In this document: piece by piece, positions 45,137 through 55,273 of the stretch
How the letters are laid out: every line of letters begins with the position of its first letter
How positions within the stretch are numbered: the stretch's first letter is position 1
Virus record (IMG/VR): IMGVR_UViG_3300049491_001058
DNA: 64,000 bases
From: an uncultured virus (IMG/VR IMGVR_UViG_3300049491_001058)
Lineage: Duplodnaviria > Heunggongvirae > Uroviricota > Caudoviricetes
Reading direction: 5' to 3' (one strand)
The notes under the pieces: model-generated
Told to the model about the DNA's origin: nothing
Seen by the model: only the letters and a program-made list of their open reading frames with translations
Databases searched by the model: none
Made by a program: the position numbers and the translations under genes

Positions 45137-47500
45137 ATGATTGATCGTAACCCAGCTCCTGCAGATACCGTAAACAACATTGAGGGGTCGTCATCGACAA
45201 GTCCATCGCAAGGAATGGGCTTGATGCACTCCCTTCTCGATCCGTCGATCAATGTTTTTCGAAAGGGCCGTGTCGAAGACATCTACATGGACAAAAACTG
45301 TGCCGTAGTATCTCTCTATGGATACAGACGAAGCATGCCTTGCTTGGCCCTTTCGGACTTTTTCAACCGATGGTTCGGAGCAAAGAAGGTGTCGCCCCTC
45401 TCTATTGGGACAGAGGTGATAGTTATTTGCTCCAATGACCACAAATATGGAATCATTCTTGGGGCTGTAAATGCGGCCGGTGAATGGGCAGACAAACCCT
45501 CCACGAATCTATTTGGAACCATTGTTGATCGAGGGGAGGACACGGAGGCACATAAGGCTAAGGATTGGGGGTTCGAAGACTTCCTCATCAACGTAGCCGA
45601 TGGAATCCCGACAGACGTCTTTCCGGGCGATGATGTGACCGTTAACGCTCAGGGGGCTCTTTTTGCCATCCTAGAGCTCATGGCTACCGTGAGAGGGGGG
45701 AGCGCTGCATCCCTTGAGACTTTTGTTTTTGACCAGCTCGTTCGACTGACCGGGTATAATTTCCAGGAGCGAACCTCTCTCTATGACAAGAATGTCATGG
45801 AGGACCATGGGTTTGTAACAGAGGAAGAGTCTGGCTCGCCATACGCAAAAGATCTCTCCGGTTTTGATGATACAGATGAGACCGATCCGGAGGAGATGGC
45901 TTCCTTTAGACGGTATCAGAATTTTCAAGGATGGCTTGGTGGGCTCCTGCAGAGATTTATCCTCAGGCCAAACACGGACGGCAAGAAGAAGGAGGACGCC
46001 GAAAGTAAAAAAGATCTCGGGCTTTACCAGAGATATGAGCACCTTTCTGGGTTGGTGCTGGAGAGAAGTCTTACTGGCGGCGGAACAATAAAAGGAATGT
46101 CTATTCCTGTGCCCAAGAAGAAGAAAGAGGCTGATGACCCTTCCGGCAATAGCGGTGAAATTGATGATTCGCCCTTGGAGCCCTTTTCATTTAGTGAAAC
46201 GCCGGGGACCCCAGCCGGTGCTGGATGTCAGATCAGGGACTATCTTGCTTATCATTTCAATAAGCTGGCCGCAGCGAAGCTAGGGGAAATGGATAAGGAT
46301 TGGGCGATGCCTGACGAAACGGATTGTCCAGCCCTATCGGATGAGACTGAGCCTCCCGGAGTGGGAGATTTTTATCGAGACTTTCCGGCAGAAGTGGATG
46401 CCATGTCTTCTCAAGTTAATGGAGACGGAGTTGAGGCGGACGGGTCGTCAGGAGTGAAGACTCGACAGGGGACGGCGTGGTGCCTCGTTCTGCCGGATGG
46501 ATCAGTTTCCATTCGAGATATCTGGGGCTCTCAGATAGAAATGCGAGGAGGTCACATTGATATATCTGCATCAAAGGATATTCGGCTTTCTGCTGGTGGC
46601 TCCGTGGTGCTGTTAGGGGGCGATGACTGTATTATTAAGGGACGCAAGTCTATTGATATTACAGCAACCGAAGGAGAGGTTAGGGTTAAGGCACAGCAAG
46701 AGATGTATCTTCACGCTGAGCAAGGTGGTATGTTAATTAGCCTTGGAAATACCGGCGGAAAATTTACAAAGAAGGACGGCGAGGATCGTGTTCTGCCGGG
46801 AATCTGTATCAAGGTTCCCAACAATGGAGGGGTCACAATTAATGCAGGCCAACTTACGTGTAATTTGGCTAATGCCCTTTTTATAAATGAGGACGGAGAG
46901 GGACATTTCCCATCTATTATCGGAAAGATAAATGGGTGCTACCTAAAGTTTGAACAAGGAAGCAGCATTGGTTATTTGTTTGAAAATGGCGCTCTCGGAA
47001 TATCAAACAGTGGCGGCATTTTCATGTCCGGAGATATCTTGTCAGAAGGCGCTATAACGACAAAAGGTTCGGCCGCTTTTGGAAGTGAGCCGGCGTACCC
47101 AACTGACTGGAGCGATGTTGAGCCCGTTGTCTCTCAGTTTGGAAGCATCTTTGCTGATATAGATAAATATCAGTGGCAGTTCCAGCTCACAGAACTGAAA
47201 GAGAACTATTTTGTATTCAGAACGACAGAGAACTACGCTACCGAAAAAGGGGTGTGGTTCGAATCTTTCTGGCAAAGAGAGATGTCGTCCACTGAAGGTT
47301 GGCAAGAAAAGCCGGACAAGGATGGTCAGTTCCCCTATCCTGGCAAAAAACATTACGAGGGCGGCGATTCTTTCTGGAAATACAAAGAGAGTAATGTTGA
47401 CAATGTAGGTAAATCAAAGAAGAGAGAGAGCCTTGAGTCAGCCCCTGACGGATTCTCCGCTTCGAGCTGGCATGATTTTCCAGTCCATCCAAGCAGATAA
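45137..47500 (+). CDS. Baseplate spike protein (gp5/VgrG-like), putative
   Basis: N-terminal OB-fold-like block (GRVEDI...GTEVIVIC...GIILG) and beta-helix repeats (DGSVSIRD..GSQIEMRGGHIDISASKDIRLSAG). Confidence 0.6.
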   Translation: MIDRNPAPADTVNNIEGSSSTSPSQGMGLMHSLLDPSINVFRKGRVEDIYMDKNCAVVSLYGYRRSMPCLALSDFFNRWFGAKKVSPLSIGTEVIVICSNDHKYGIILGAVNAAGEWADKPSTNLFGTIVDRGEDTEAHKAKDWGFEDFLINVADGIPTDVFPGDDVTVNAQGALFAILELMATVRGGSAASLETFVFDQLVRLTGYNFQERTSLYDKNVMEDHGFVTEEESGSPYAKDLSGFDDTDETDPEEMASFRRYQNFQGWLGGLLQRFILRPNTDGKKKEDAESKKDLGLYQRYEHLSGLVLERSLTGGGTIKGMSIPVPKKKKEADDPSGNSGEIDDSPLEPFSFSETPGTPAGAGCQIRDYLAYHFNKLAAAKLGEMDKDWAMPDETDCPALSDETEPPGVGDFYRDFPAEVDAMSSQVNGDGVEADGSSGVKTRQGTAWCLVLPDGSVSIRDIWGSQIEMRGGHIDISASKDIRLSAGGSVVLLGGDDCIIKGRKSIDITATEGEVRVKAQQEMYLHAEQGGMLISLGNTGGKFTKKDGEDRVLPGICIKVPNNGGVTINAGQLTCNLANALFINEDGEGHFPSIIGKINGCYLKFEQGSSIGYLFENGALGISNSGGIFMSGDILSEGAITTKGSAAFGSEPAYPTDWSDVEPVVSQFGSIFADIDKYQWQFQLTELKENYFVFRTTENYATEKGVWFESFWQREMSSTEGWQEKPDKDGQFPYPGKKHYEGGDSFWKYKESNVDNVGKSKKRESLESAPDGFSASSWHDFPVHPSR

Positions 47501-47501
47501 T

Positions 47502-48161
47502 ATGAACTCAGTCCCCGCAGCAAATACAGAGGCGCTAGCCGCAATGGCTAGCCTGATGAACGAGATGTCCCCAACAACACCTTCCGATGTGATGCCAAAA
47601 CCTGCTCCGTTGGAGGTGGCCCTCACTCCGGACGAAATCCAAATCCTGAAGGAGATGGTTGTGGTAAGGAGTCGACAGAAGACAATGGAGTATGTCCTTC
47701 CGGATAAGCCAGTAAACAAAGATGATGAGGATCGATTCGCGGAGTCGGTCTTAAATCGCAAGACTTACTCAGAAAAGATGATCCTGATTCCCGGTAAGAT
47801 GGAGGTCGTTTTTCGAAGCAAGACGAGAAGAGAGCAAGAGGCAATCGAGAAACAGCTCGACGAGGACTATGCAAATGGAGCCATTAAGACCGAGCGAGCG
47901 AATGCGTTTGCGCTTAATAACTACAACTTGATGATCCAGATGGTGAGTCAAAATGGAGCTGCAGTGCAGTCGCCAGTATCGAGACTGATCGACCCAACTT
48001 TCTCCCTGAGGGGTTTTATCGAAAGCCATATCATCGGGTCAATGCCGGAGCCGATCATGTTTATTTTGTCGGGAGCTTTGGCTCAGTTTGAGAATCGAGT
48101 TGCCTTTATGTCCCGCAAGATCCTTGAAGGAAATTTTTCTCAACCCGCAGACGCTTCCTAG
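47502..48161 (+). CDS. Tail assembly chaperone (G-like)
   Basis: ATG 47502; ends just after slippery heptamer A AAT TTT; upstream of the tape measure gene. Confidence 0.65.
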   Translation: MNSVPAANTEALAAMASLMNEMSPTTPSDVMPKPAPLEVALTPDEIQILKEMVVVRSRQKTMEYVLPDKPVNKDDEDRFAESVLNRKTYSEKMILIPGKMEVVFRSKTRREQEAIEKQLDEDYANGAIKTERANAFALNNYNLMIQMVSQNGAAVQSPVSRLIDPTFSLRGFIESHIIGSMPEPIMFILSGALAQFENRVAFMSRKILEGNFSQPADAS

Positions 48162-48565
48162 TTCGTCAGCTCGCTTTGCGGGGTTTAATCGGCTGTCAGT
48201 CATCCGGCGAGGAAATGGAGCCCTCCATGGAAGAGCTGCGCATCAGTATCTTGGTCGATGGGCTCGACCACGAAAACCAAGTCGATATTGCTGATGTTTC
48301 GATGAGACTTTTCGGCTCGCTAGAGCAGGCCACTGGAGGAAAGATAAGGGCTGGAAGCCTTACTGACTCAAGAAGAAGCGCCTACATCGATTTGATCAAA
48401 GCCAAGAGACCCTATTACGACTGGGAATCCATTGAGATGGAAACAAAAGAAGCTGCGCCCTTGCCTGAGGAAGAGGACCGAAAGCAGTTCCTGAAGGATT
48501 ATGAAAAATGGGCAAATACCGGTGGTCCAGTCGTTGCAACCAAACTAGATTACAGCGATGGCTAA
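48131..48565 (+). CDS. Tail chaperone -1 frameshift extension (GT-like)
   Basis: The -1 frame is open from the heptamer at 48131-48137 into the 48176-48565 ORF. Confidence 0.65.
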   Translation, partial: KFFSTRRRFLVRQLALRGLIGCQSSGEEMEPSMEELRISILVDGLDHENQVDIADVSMRLFGSLEQATGGKIRAGSLTDSRRSAYIDLIKAKRPYYDWESIEMETKEAAPLPEEEDRKQFLKDYEKWANTGGPVVATKLDYSDG

Positions 48566-51092
48566 TGATCCCCCTCCTCCCTCTGACGCGTTTCATTATT
48601 ACGCCCAACAGGCGCAGATAGCTGCTGGGCAGGTGTCGCCATACTCTAGTCAGTATCAGAGGCCAGGGTTCTCGCCAAGAGACTATATGCCTCCGCGGAT
48701 AGATTACATGTCGAGGGATAATCGCTCCTGGGGTAACAGTAACTTTACTCCTCCGGGTGGAATCACTTCTTCCAATCCTTTGGTTTCGTTGATAGGGAAT
48801 ATGGTCGGTCAGGCAATCATTCCTGACTTCATGAATAACATGCGACCGATGTCGCAGCCGCAAGTATCCAATTTTGACTTCCTTCGTGGGAAGCAGCGAA
48901 TGCAGGAGTTTCAGCGGCAGTCAAGTCCAGGTGGATACATGGAGTCGACCGCTGATTACTTGAGGCCCAAGCTTGGAAAAGGAGCCGACAATCCCTATGT
49001 TCGTCAGGTTTATGACGCTCTCGATCCAAGAGGTAGTCAGGCCGGAGCCTTTCAGATGGCGTATGCTAATTTTGGGAACAAACTTACTTCTAACTTAGGG
49101 GGGCAAGGGGAGGCATCAAAAAAACTACTCGACCAAGTGAATAAGGCGTTTACTGAGAACGGAAAGCGCAGTGCCATGAAATCCTTTGGTATGGATGATG
49201 CCGAGACGATGGACGCTCTTGACGCTGGACTGCGCTACGGCATAGGGGGATTATCGAACAAGAAGCTGGCTGATGCCGTAAAGAACAAGAAGGCTGGAGG
49301 ATTGGCTGCTGCGAACAACGAGATTTTTGCAGCGGCTTCGGACACCTTTGGCAAAGACAAGACAAAAGAAGAGCTGGCTCAATTGATGAACCAGACCTCT
49401 GATGATTTCCGAGGTCTTGACCCAAATCAAGCAACTCAACTGCTGACAAAAATAAGCGCAACGTCCAGAGCTATCGGGATCTCATCGGAAGCTTTTGTCA
49501 AATATAGCGACATGCTCAAGCAGATGTATGAGTCTGTAGGGGTTTCAGGCTCACAAGCTCTTCGTAATGCCCCCCAGCTCGGATTCAACGCAAAAAGAAT
49601 CGCTGAGGTTGGGGCGGCCACCGGAGACACCTCGCTGACCGATGTGACTAAAAACATGGACACCCAGGCTCAGCTTTCTGCTAAATTCAATTCAAGCCAA
49701 GAAGCGAAAATGGTTGTTGCTGTTGGGTCTCTTATTCAACAGACGACAGCAGAAGAAGGCGCTAATCTTGATCTTGGCGGCGACTACGGGACCCTGGCTC
49801 AACAAAGAGCAATAGGTGAGGACGGGAAAAGCTCTATTCAGAGACGTCTCGATAGTGGCGACGCTGACGAGATCATGAAATTTAACCGGGCTCTAGATAA
49901 AGCAATGAACGGTGCTGTTTCTAGTAAGGCTACTCATTTAGTTGACTCAGATTACAAAGATGCAAACAAAGCCCAGGACATGTCAAAGATGTCTAGAGCT
50001 ATTCAAGGGAATGAAGAGGCTAAGAGGATTGCTGGTTTGATCAGTAAGTCTGGCGATATTGATGATGGAATCATGGCCAAAATTGGCAAGACGGGCGTCG
50101 ATAAAATCATGGGCGATGTCCAGTCCATTGGGCAAGGGAGAGACGCTGGAGCTGTTCGAAAAATCATTGAAGCCAATCTCAAGGAAAGTAATCTCAGTGA
50201 GGAAGAAAAGGATAAACTGTCTGGACAGTTTGCCCGTTCATTTGGTGATGCATCCGCCCTTGGCTCCGGAACAGAGGCGGAAAGAAACGCTAAGCTTGCT
50301 GGAAGAAAAATAAATACAAAGGAGGACGAAAAGCAGGCTCAGCAAAGCGCGGACATGGAAACATATCTTCGCAAGATAGCGGGAGACTCAATGACTCCAC
50401 TCAAGCTAAAGGAGATCGTGGACATGGGTCTATCCCTTACTGAGGATATAAACAAAGGGAACGGGGTCATTAATGGGGCGCAGGTCAAAGATAAAAATGG
50501 TAAAATCGATTTCGAGGCTCTCAAAAAAGTTGGAGGTAAATATCTTGGCATAGCGACAAGGGTTGAGGAGAACAAAAAGCTGATGGAAGCTATGTCTCCA
50601 GAGGAGACAGAGAGAATTAGCAAAGTGGCCGACAAGGCCTATAACAAAACTCTCAAAGAAACAGGGGACATGGGGAAGGCCTCTAGCGCCAGAGCTGAAG
50701 CCATCAAAGGCGAGGCTAATAAATTTAGAAAGGCGAACGAGGGACAGAAAGGGGTTGGAGCCAGTACTGAGGGAATGAGTGATCAGGAAAAAGAGGCATT
50801 TGCCAACAAAGAGGCGGAAAAAGCCCACAAAGAAACTCTTGACGCAACCCAGGACAAAAACAATGCTGCTGAGGCGTCGGAGGCCGCATATAAAAAAGCT
50901 CTGGATGGATCCGGCGATCAAGAAGGTGCTGCCAAGGCCCCAGGGCAATCTTCTGGAGGAGAAAAGAGTGATGGAATAATGTCCAAGGGTCTTGAAGCGA
51001 TAGGGACAACGATCGCAAAGATCCTGGACTTAATGGTGGAGCAGGTGCAAAAACCAAAACAGGTAAGTTCAGAGAGAGCAACTTCAAAGTAG
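48558..51092 (+). CDS. Tape measure protein, putative
   Basis: 844 aa, helical Ala/Lys/Gln-rich, follows the frameshifted chaperone pair. Confidence 0.65.
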   Translation: MANDPPPPSDAFHYYAQQAQIAAGQVSPYSSQYQRPGFSPRDYMPPRIDYMSRDNRSWGNSNFTPPGGITSSNPLVSLIGNMVGQAIIPDFMNNMRPMSQPQVSNFDFLRGKQRMQEFQRQSSPGGYMESTADYLRPKLGKGADNPYVRQVYDALDPRGSQAGAFQMAYANFGNKLTSNLGGQGEASKKLLDQVNKAFTENGKRSAMKSFGMDDAETMDALDAGLRYGIGGLSNKKLADAVKNKKAGGLAAANNEIFAAASDTFGKDKTKEELAQLMNQTSDDFRGLDPNQATQLLTKISATSRAIGISSEAFVKYSDMLKQMYESVGVSGSQALRNAPQLGFNAKRIAEVGAATGDTSLTDVTKNMDTQAQLSAKFNSSQEAKMVVAVGSLIQQTTAEEGANLDLGGDYGTLAQQRAIGEDGKSSIQRRLDSGDADEIMKFNRALDKAMNGAVSSKATHLVDSDYKDANKAQDMSKMSRAIQGNEEAKRIAGLISKSGDIDDGIMAKIGKTGVDKIMGDVQSIGQGRDAGAVRKIIEANLKESNLSEEEKDKLSGQFARSFGDASALGSGTEAERNAKLAGRKINTKEDEKQAQQSADMETYLRKIAGDSMTPLKLKEIVDMGLSLTEDINKGNGVINGAQVKDKNGKIDFEALKKVGGKYLGIATRVEENKKLMEAMSPEETERISKVADKAYNKTLKETGDMGKASSARAEAIKGEANKFRKANEGQKGVGASTEGMSDQEKEAFANKEAEKAHKETLDATQDKNNAAEASEAAYKKALDGSGDQEGAAKAPGQSSGGEKSDGIMSKGLEAIGTTIAKILDLMVEQVQKPKQVSSERATSK

Positions 51093-51099
51093 CAATTGT

Positions 51100-51561
51100 A
51101 TGGCAGACCTATTCCAGTCAGTGTCAGGGGCAGTCATAAAATCAAAGACGAACAGCCCCACCTTTCTCTCTGTTGACGGCCTTGATCAGCTACTCAAAGG
51201 AGGGAAATTGCTTTTGACCTCTATCCGAATTACTCGAGCTCAAGATGTGCAGTTTCTGAAGACACTGAGTAACCTCTATTATATCTATGCCTTTGGCGAA
51301 TCTCCTGGTACGATCCAGGTTGGCGGCCTTGTTTTCTTTTCGGACTGTAATTCTAAATCAATAAGCGGAGATTCGATCGGGGAGATAAATAAGTTTTACG
51401 ACGATAACAATGCATACGAAAAGAAGGGGACGACACGGATTTCAGGCGGGAACGGAATGTCCTTTAATACGATCCTGACGGGGGTCTCCATCTCGGGCGA
51501 CATGACCCCATACAACTACGCTTCGTTCAGCTTGTCGTTCACTCTCATTCCTCCAAAATGA
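51100..51561 (+). CDS. Tube-like baseplate initiator protein, putative
   Basis: 153 aa; YIYAFGESPGTIQVGG resembles the tube protein pattern. Confidence 0.5.
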   Translation: MADLFQSVSGAVIKSKTNSPTFLSVDGLDQLLKGGKLLLTSIRITRAQDVQFLKTLSNLYYIYAFGESPGTIQVGGLVFFSDCNSKSISGDSIGEINKFYDDNNAYEKKGTTRISGGNGMSFNTILTGVSISGDMTPYNYASFSLSFTLIPPK

Positions 51562-52322
51562 TCAACCATCTCAGAACGCTTCTGATTAATACTGAGAGCT
51601 TCCCGGACGCAGACCTGGAGGAGTTTATTCCCATGGACTTCCGAGGAGTCCCACTCAAAACAGAAGAGCTCGCTGCCCAAAGACACTTGGTTCCGATGTC
51701 GTTTCCTCGCAGAACGAGAAACTTCATTGCGTCTGTGCTGGACAATATAGCAAGAAGCCACTCTCGCTACGACGCCATCTTGTCTCTGGATCCAAGAATC
51801 CTTGGGATCAACTCGCTCGACCTCATTTCTTTGTATCCAAAAATAGAGGTCACAGGGATTGGTGAATTCTCCAAGATAGAGATATTTGGACAGATATTTC
51901 CTCGACCAAGCATTGGCCTCTTTTCAGCCAGTTGGAGGTTGCTCAAAAATAGCGACTCGTCTATTGCGGCCGTTAATAAAGATACAGCCATAAGGGAAGT
52001 CCTATCTTTAACCTTTAACGATGACTCATCTGATATCGTCGCCCTGGGGGATAGCGGAATCAGTCTTCGAGTTATTGGGTCGACGACCGTCCCTGATTTT
52101 GAAACGACCATCAAGGCAACTTCTCCGATCCAGTTTGACGCAGGTTTTGTGTTGCAGCGATTGAGAGCTGATCAATGGGTGCCACAACTATTCGAGATAA
52201 AAGACAGAGAGCTGGCCAGTGAGCTTCAAAAAGACTTCTTTTTCGGAGACAAACCGGCTACGGCGATTGGTGCCGTTTTGATCGCGTATGCAGTGCATAT
52301 TTCTGAGAGGATCTACCAATGA
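51558..52322 (+). CDS. Hypothetical baseplate-region protein
   Basis: 254 aa, coupled to neighbours by ATGA overlaps. Confidence 0.6.
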   Translation: MINHLRTLLINTESFPDADLEEFIPMDFRGVPLKTEELAAQRHLVPMSFPRRTRNFIASVLDNIARSHSRYDAILSLDPRILGINSLDLISLYPKIEVTGIGEFSKIEIFGQIFPRPSIGLFSASWRLLKNSDSSIAAVNKDTAIREVLSLTFNDDSSDIVALGDSGISLRVIGSTTVPDFETTIKATSPIQFDAGFVLQRLRADQWVPQLFEIKDRELASELQKDFFFGDKPATAIGAVLIAYAVHISERIYQ

Positions 52323-53704
52323 CTATTGTCGGAAAGGAAGGAGAGCCGTGCAAAGTAAAGGCCTATCTGACAGGTCCGGGAGGCGAAATACCCATCTCTG
52401 GAGCTAATGCGCTTTTCTCTGTTGGATCGATTCCTGTTTGTCGAGTCTTTATTCCTCCTGAGTTTTTGTCTCAAATCCCGGACGAGCAGACGCCCGACCT
52501 CTATAGGGTCAAGGTTTCAGGAGAAGATTCCGAGTATACCTTGTTTACAGGCTATGTGGCCGGCGATAGCGGAAGAATTGGGGACGGCAAGGTGTCCGCT
52601 GGTGTCGATCTTGTTCATCCGGCAAGAGACTTAGATGAAACTCGCTTGTCGGGTCCTGACCTTCATCCGTCCAGTGTTTCGGATTACTCATCTGTCTGGT
52701 CAGGAGGTTTTACTGAAGCTGGACAGGCGTACGAAGGCAAGCCGGAATTCTTCAAGGCTGGAGGGGGTAAGCTTCCAGAGCAAATAGTTGCAGCGATGAA
52801 GAAGCATCTAACTGGACTATCTAGCTCACTGACAGAGAAGGCGGGCGGAGCTGTTAAAAAGGATACCCTACAAAAGGGCATAGATTTGCTTGGGAAGATC
52901 AAGTTTTTAGACGGGCAGATAAAGGGAGAGCTTGAAGCGCCACTAGCTTCTGGCGAGGGGCATTGCATTAACGAGTGGGCCAGATCTCGGGTCACAGGTT
53001 CCTTTAATACGGCGAGAAGTGCATGGGATACCCTGGTCGCTGTTTTTTCTGAATTCGGTATCTATCTGGTCTGCGATAACGAGGGTGGAATATTTACTTC
53101 GGTTGACTGTTCGGGGATGAAATCGTCTGCCAATGAGATGGGAGGGAACTACATCTCCACTTGGGACAAAAACTCCGCTATGTTTAGGAACATTGGCGAA
53201 GTTTTGATTGCCGGAGATAACGTGAGGCTGGTCAACTTTAGTGCCGAGGGTAAACCTGGGGGGTTTGTTACTTACTCTGGTGGCAAAGGAGGAGCCACTC
53301 TTGTTCTGCAGGTTCCCGGATGGCTAAATCCGATCGCAAAAACAAATGACGACGGGGACGGGATCGTTGAGGCTCAGAAGCTATATGCCAAAATGGTCTA
53401 TGGGTTGGAGAGAAATAAGTTTCGAACGATGTGTGTCACTGGCCCACTGGCTCCTCTTACTGTTCCTGGAACGGTTGTCCAGGTGTCTCCGTTTTCAAAA
53501 ATGAAACCGAAATCCGGCCAAGGCATTGAGGATCTTGGTCGAAAATACAGTGCCTATTGTCATCAAATATCCCATGAAATAGATATGCCAGGACAAGTAA
53601 TGAGAACTACATTCCAGTTCAAAAATGTCTCGATCATGGGCAGCGGCGAAGAGATAGACTCGCATCCCGTCTTTGGTGACGTAACCCCTTTTGCCTGGAA
53701 ATGA
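52319..53704 (+). CDS. Baseplate hub protein, putative
   Basis: 461 aa, hub-like size and position; C-terminal PGTVV...YCHQISHEI...TTFQF beta pattern. Confidence 0.5.
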   Translation: MTIVGKEGEPCKVKAYLTGPGGEIPISGANALFSVGSIPVCRVFIPPEFLSQIPDEQTPDLYRVKVSGEDSEYTLFTGYVAGDSGRIGDGKVSAGVDLVHPARDLDETRLSGPDLHPSSVSDYSSVWSGGFTEAGQAYEGKPEFFKAGGGKLPEQIVAAMKKHLTGLSSSLTEKAGGAVKKDTLQKGIDLLGKIKFLDGQIKGELEAPLASGEGHCINEWARSRVTGSFNTARSAWDTLVAVFSEFGIYLVCDNEGGIFTSVDCSGMKSSANEMGGNYISTWDKNSAMFRNIGEVLIAGDNVRLVNFSAEGKPGGFVTYSGGKGGATLVLQVPGWLNPIAKTNDDGDGIVEAQKLYAKMVYGLERNKFRTMCVTGPLAPLTVPGTVVQVSPFSKMKPKSGQGIEDLGRKYSAYCHQISHEIDMPGQVMRTTFQFKNVSIMGSGEEIDSHPVFGDVTPFAWK

Positions 53705-54456
53705 ACGAAGCTCCAATACCTACCCCAATAGAAGAGGATCCAGTGATTGAGGTTCCTATGTCGTCATGGGAATCCTGGAAAAAGGCTCCGTCACCGGCAG
53801 CCATGTCAACAGCTATCAAAAGCATTGATCCGGTCATAAGCTCTGCGGTTCGCCGTCACCCTGGAATTAACGAGAACCTCCTGATGGGCGAGGCAAAGCG
53901 CCTTGCCGTTCAGGCGATAAAAAGTTTCGATCCGGTCCAGGGGACTTCGCTCTCTACTCATGTCTTTAATCACCTCCGCCCATTGTCCCGCTTTGCCGAG
54001 AGGGCGACAAAAGCTGTTTCTGTCCCTCGCGATTTCAAGGCTGAGGTTGGCGGCTTTGTCAAGGCTCGGCGAGATTTCGAAGAGGAGAATGGCAGAGAGG
54101 CTTCGGATGGAGAAATGCGAGACATCCTTGGCATCAACGCCAAAAGGCTGGCCAAACTGAACGCGGGGACTTTCTATGAAATGCCGGAAGGACAAATAGA
54201 GGGCGCGGTCGAACAGGAGGATGATGAAAGTCCAAAGTTGAACCTTTGGGCTGACTACGTTTATCATGACCTATCCCCGAGAGATAAACTGATAATGGAC
54301 TATCGAATGGGGAGAAACGGCAAGCCGATAAAAGAGCCCCAAGAAATAGCAGCAATACTAAAGATGGATCCCTCTCACGTCAGAAAGAGGACGAAGTCTA
54401 TTGCACAACAGATCCTTGATGGATTAGACTCCAGTTCACTAAACGGAAATGCCTGA
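53701..54456 (+). CDS. Sigma-70 family RNA polymerase sigma factor (regions 2-3-4)
   Basis: QAIKSFDPVQGTSLSTH (region 2), FEEENGREASDGEMRDILGI (region 3), LSPRDKLIMDYRMG...QEIAAILKMDPSHVR (region 4 HTH). Confidence 0.85.
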   Translation: MNEAPIPTPIEEDPVIEVPMSSWESWKKAPSPAAMSTAIKSIDPVISSAVRRHPGINENLLMGEAKRLAVQAIKSFDPVQGTSLSTHVFNHLRPLSRFAERATKAVSVPRDFKAEVGGFVKARRDFEEENGREASDGEMRDILGINAKRLAKLNAGTFYEMPEGQIEGAVEQEDDESPKLNLWADYVYHDLSPRDKLIMDYRMGRNGKPIKEPQEIAAILKMDPSHVRKRTKSIAQQILDGLDSSSLNGNA

Positions 54457-54811
54457 ATCAGCGTACAGCGATGTAACGAAACTTTACTCAAAGGCCCTTG
54501 AAAAAAGTGTCTCGGGCAAGGGCTTTGCCTTTGATGAAGAGGTGAAAGATTTTGATGAGCTATGGAATCTTCATGCAAAAAGAAGCGAAATCATCAACTC
54601 TCTGAAGGGCAAGATCGGAACAAGTATCAAGACAAGAGATTGGTGCCCTTCGATGGCTCAGGTTGATTTCCTGTCCAGGTGTGAAAGAGACCTGAGGCTA
54701 AGGTTCAGGTCAAGAGTTGCGTGTTTTAGAAAGCGTAGCGAATCTCACAAGTTAGGGCTCGCATCAATCGAAGCTGCAGACAGAATCATTTCACAAAACG
54801 AATCCGAATGA
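54449..54811 (+). CDS. Hypothetical protein
   Basis: 120 aa, overlaps both neighbours. Confidence 0.6.
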   Translation: MPESAYSDVTKLYSKALEKSVSGKGFAFDEEVKDFDELWNLHAKRSEIINSLKGKIGTSIKTRDWCPSMAQVDFLSRCERDLRLRFRSRVACFRKRSESHKLGLASIEAADRIISQNESE

Positions 54812-55272
54812 TCGCCAGCATATCAACTAACTACTCTGGCAGAAAAGCTGACCTTTGTCTGTTTCCGCGCCTCATGGAACCAAACACCCCTGTTGACATG
54901 GAGGTGTCTAGACAGCCAATGTCCATTGCCGGAGCATCAAAGGCGGCACAGGGGTTTATTTATCATCTGTTTGTCGCTGCCGGAGAAATAGCTGGAGACC
55001 CTGACATGGGGACAAACTTCTTTGCCAAGATGTCGAACCGAGGAGCTATTCGGTATCCGAGCGACATCAACCAAGCTTTTTTAATCGAGTCGTCGAAAGC
55101 GATTGATGCTTGGAACGAAAGATCAAAGTCACGTCCTGCTGATGAGCAGATAAAGAGAGTGGCTGTTGTGGATACAGAAATCAATAGGAACGAGGTCTCT
55201 CTTTCTCTTGAGCTAACCACGAAAAGCAACGACGTTATAGCCTTCCTTCTTCCCGTAAACTGGAGCAATTAA
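54808..55272 (+). CDS. Baseplate wedge / sheath initiator (gp25-like), putative
   Basis: KAAQGFIYHL...GE...PDMGT...PADEQIKRV pattern; precedes the baseplate J-like gene. Confidence 0.6.
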   Translation: MIASISTNYSGRKADLCLFPRLMEPNTPVDMEVSRQPMSIAGASKAAQGFIYHLFVAAGEIAGDPDMGTNFFAKMSNRGAIRYPSDINQAFLIESSKAIDAWNERSKSRPADEQIKRVAVVDTEINRNEVSLSLELTTKSNDVIAFLLPVNWSN

Positions 55273-55273
55273 A

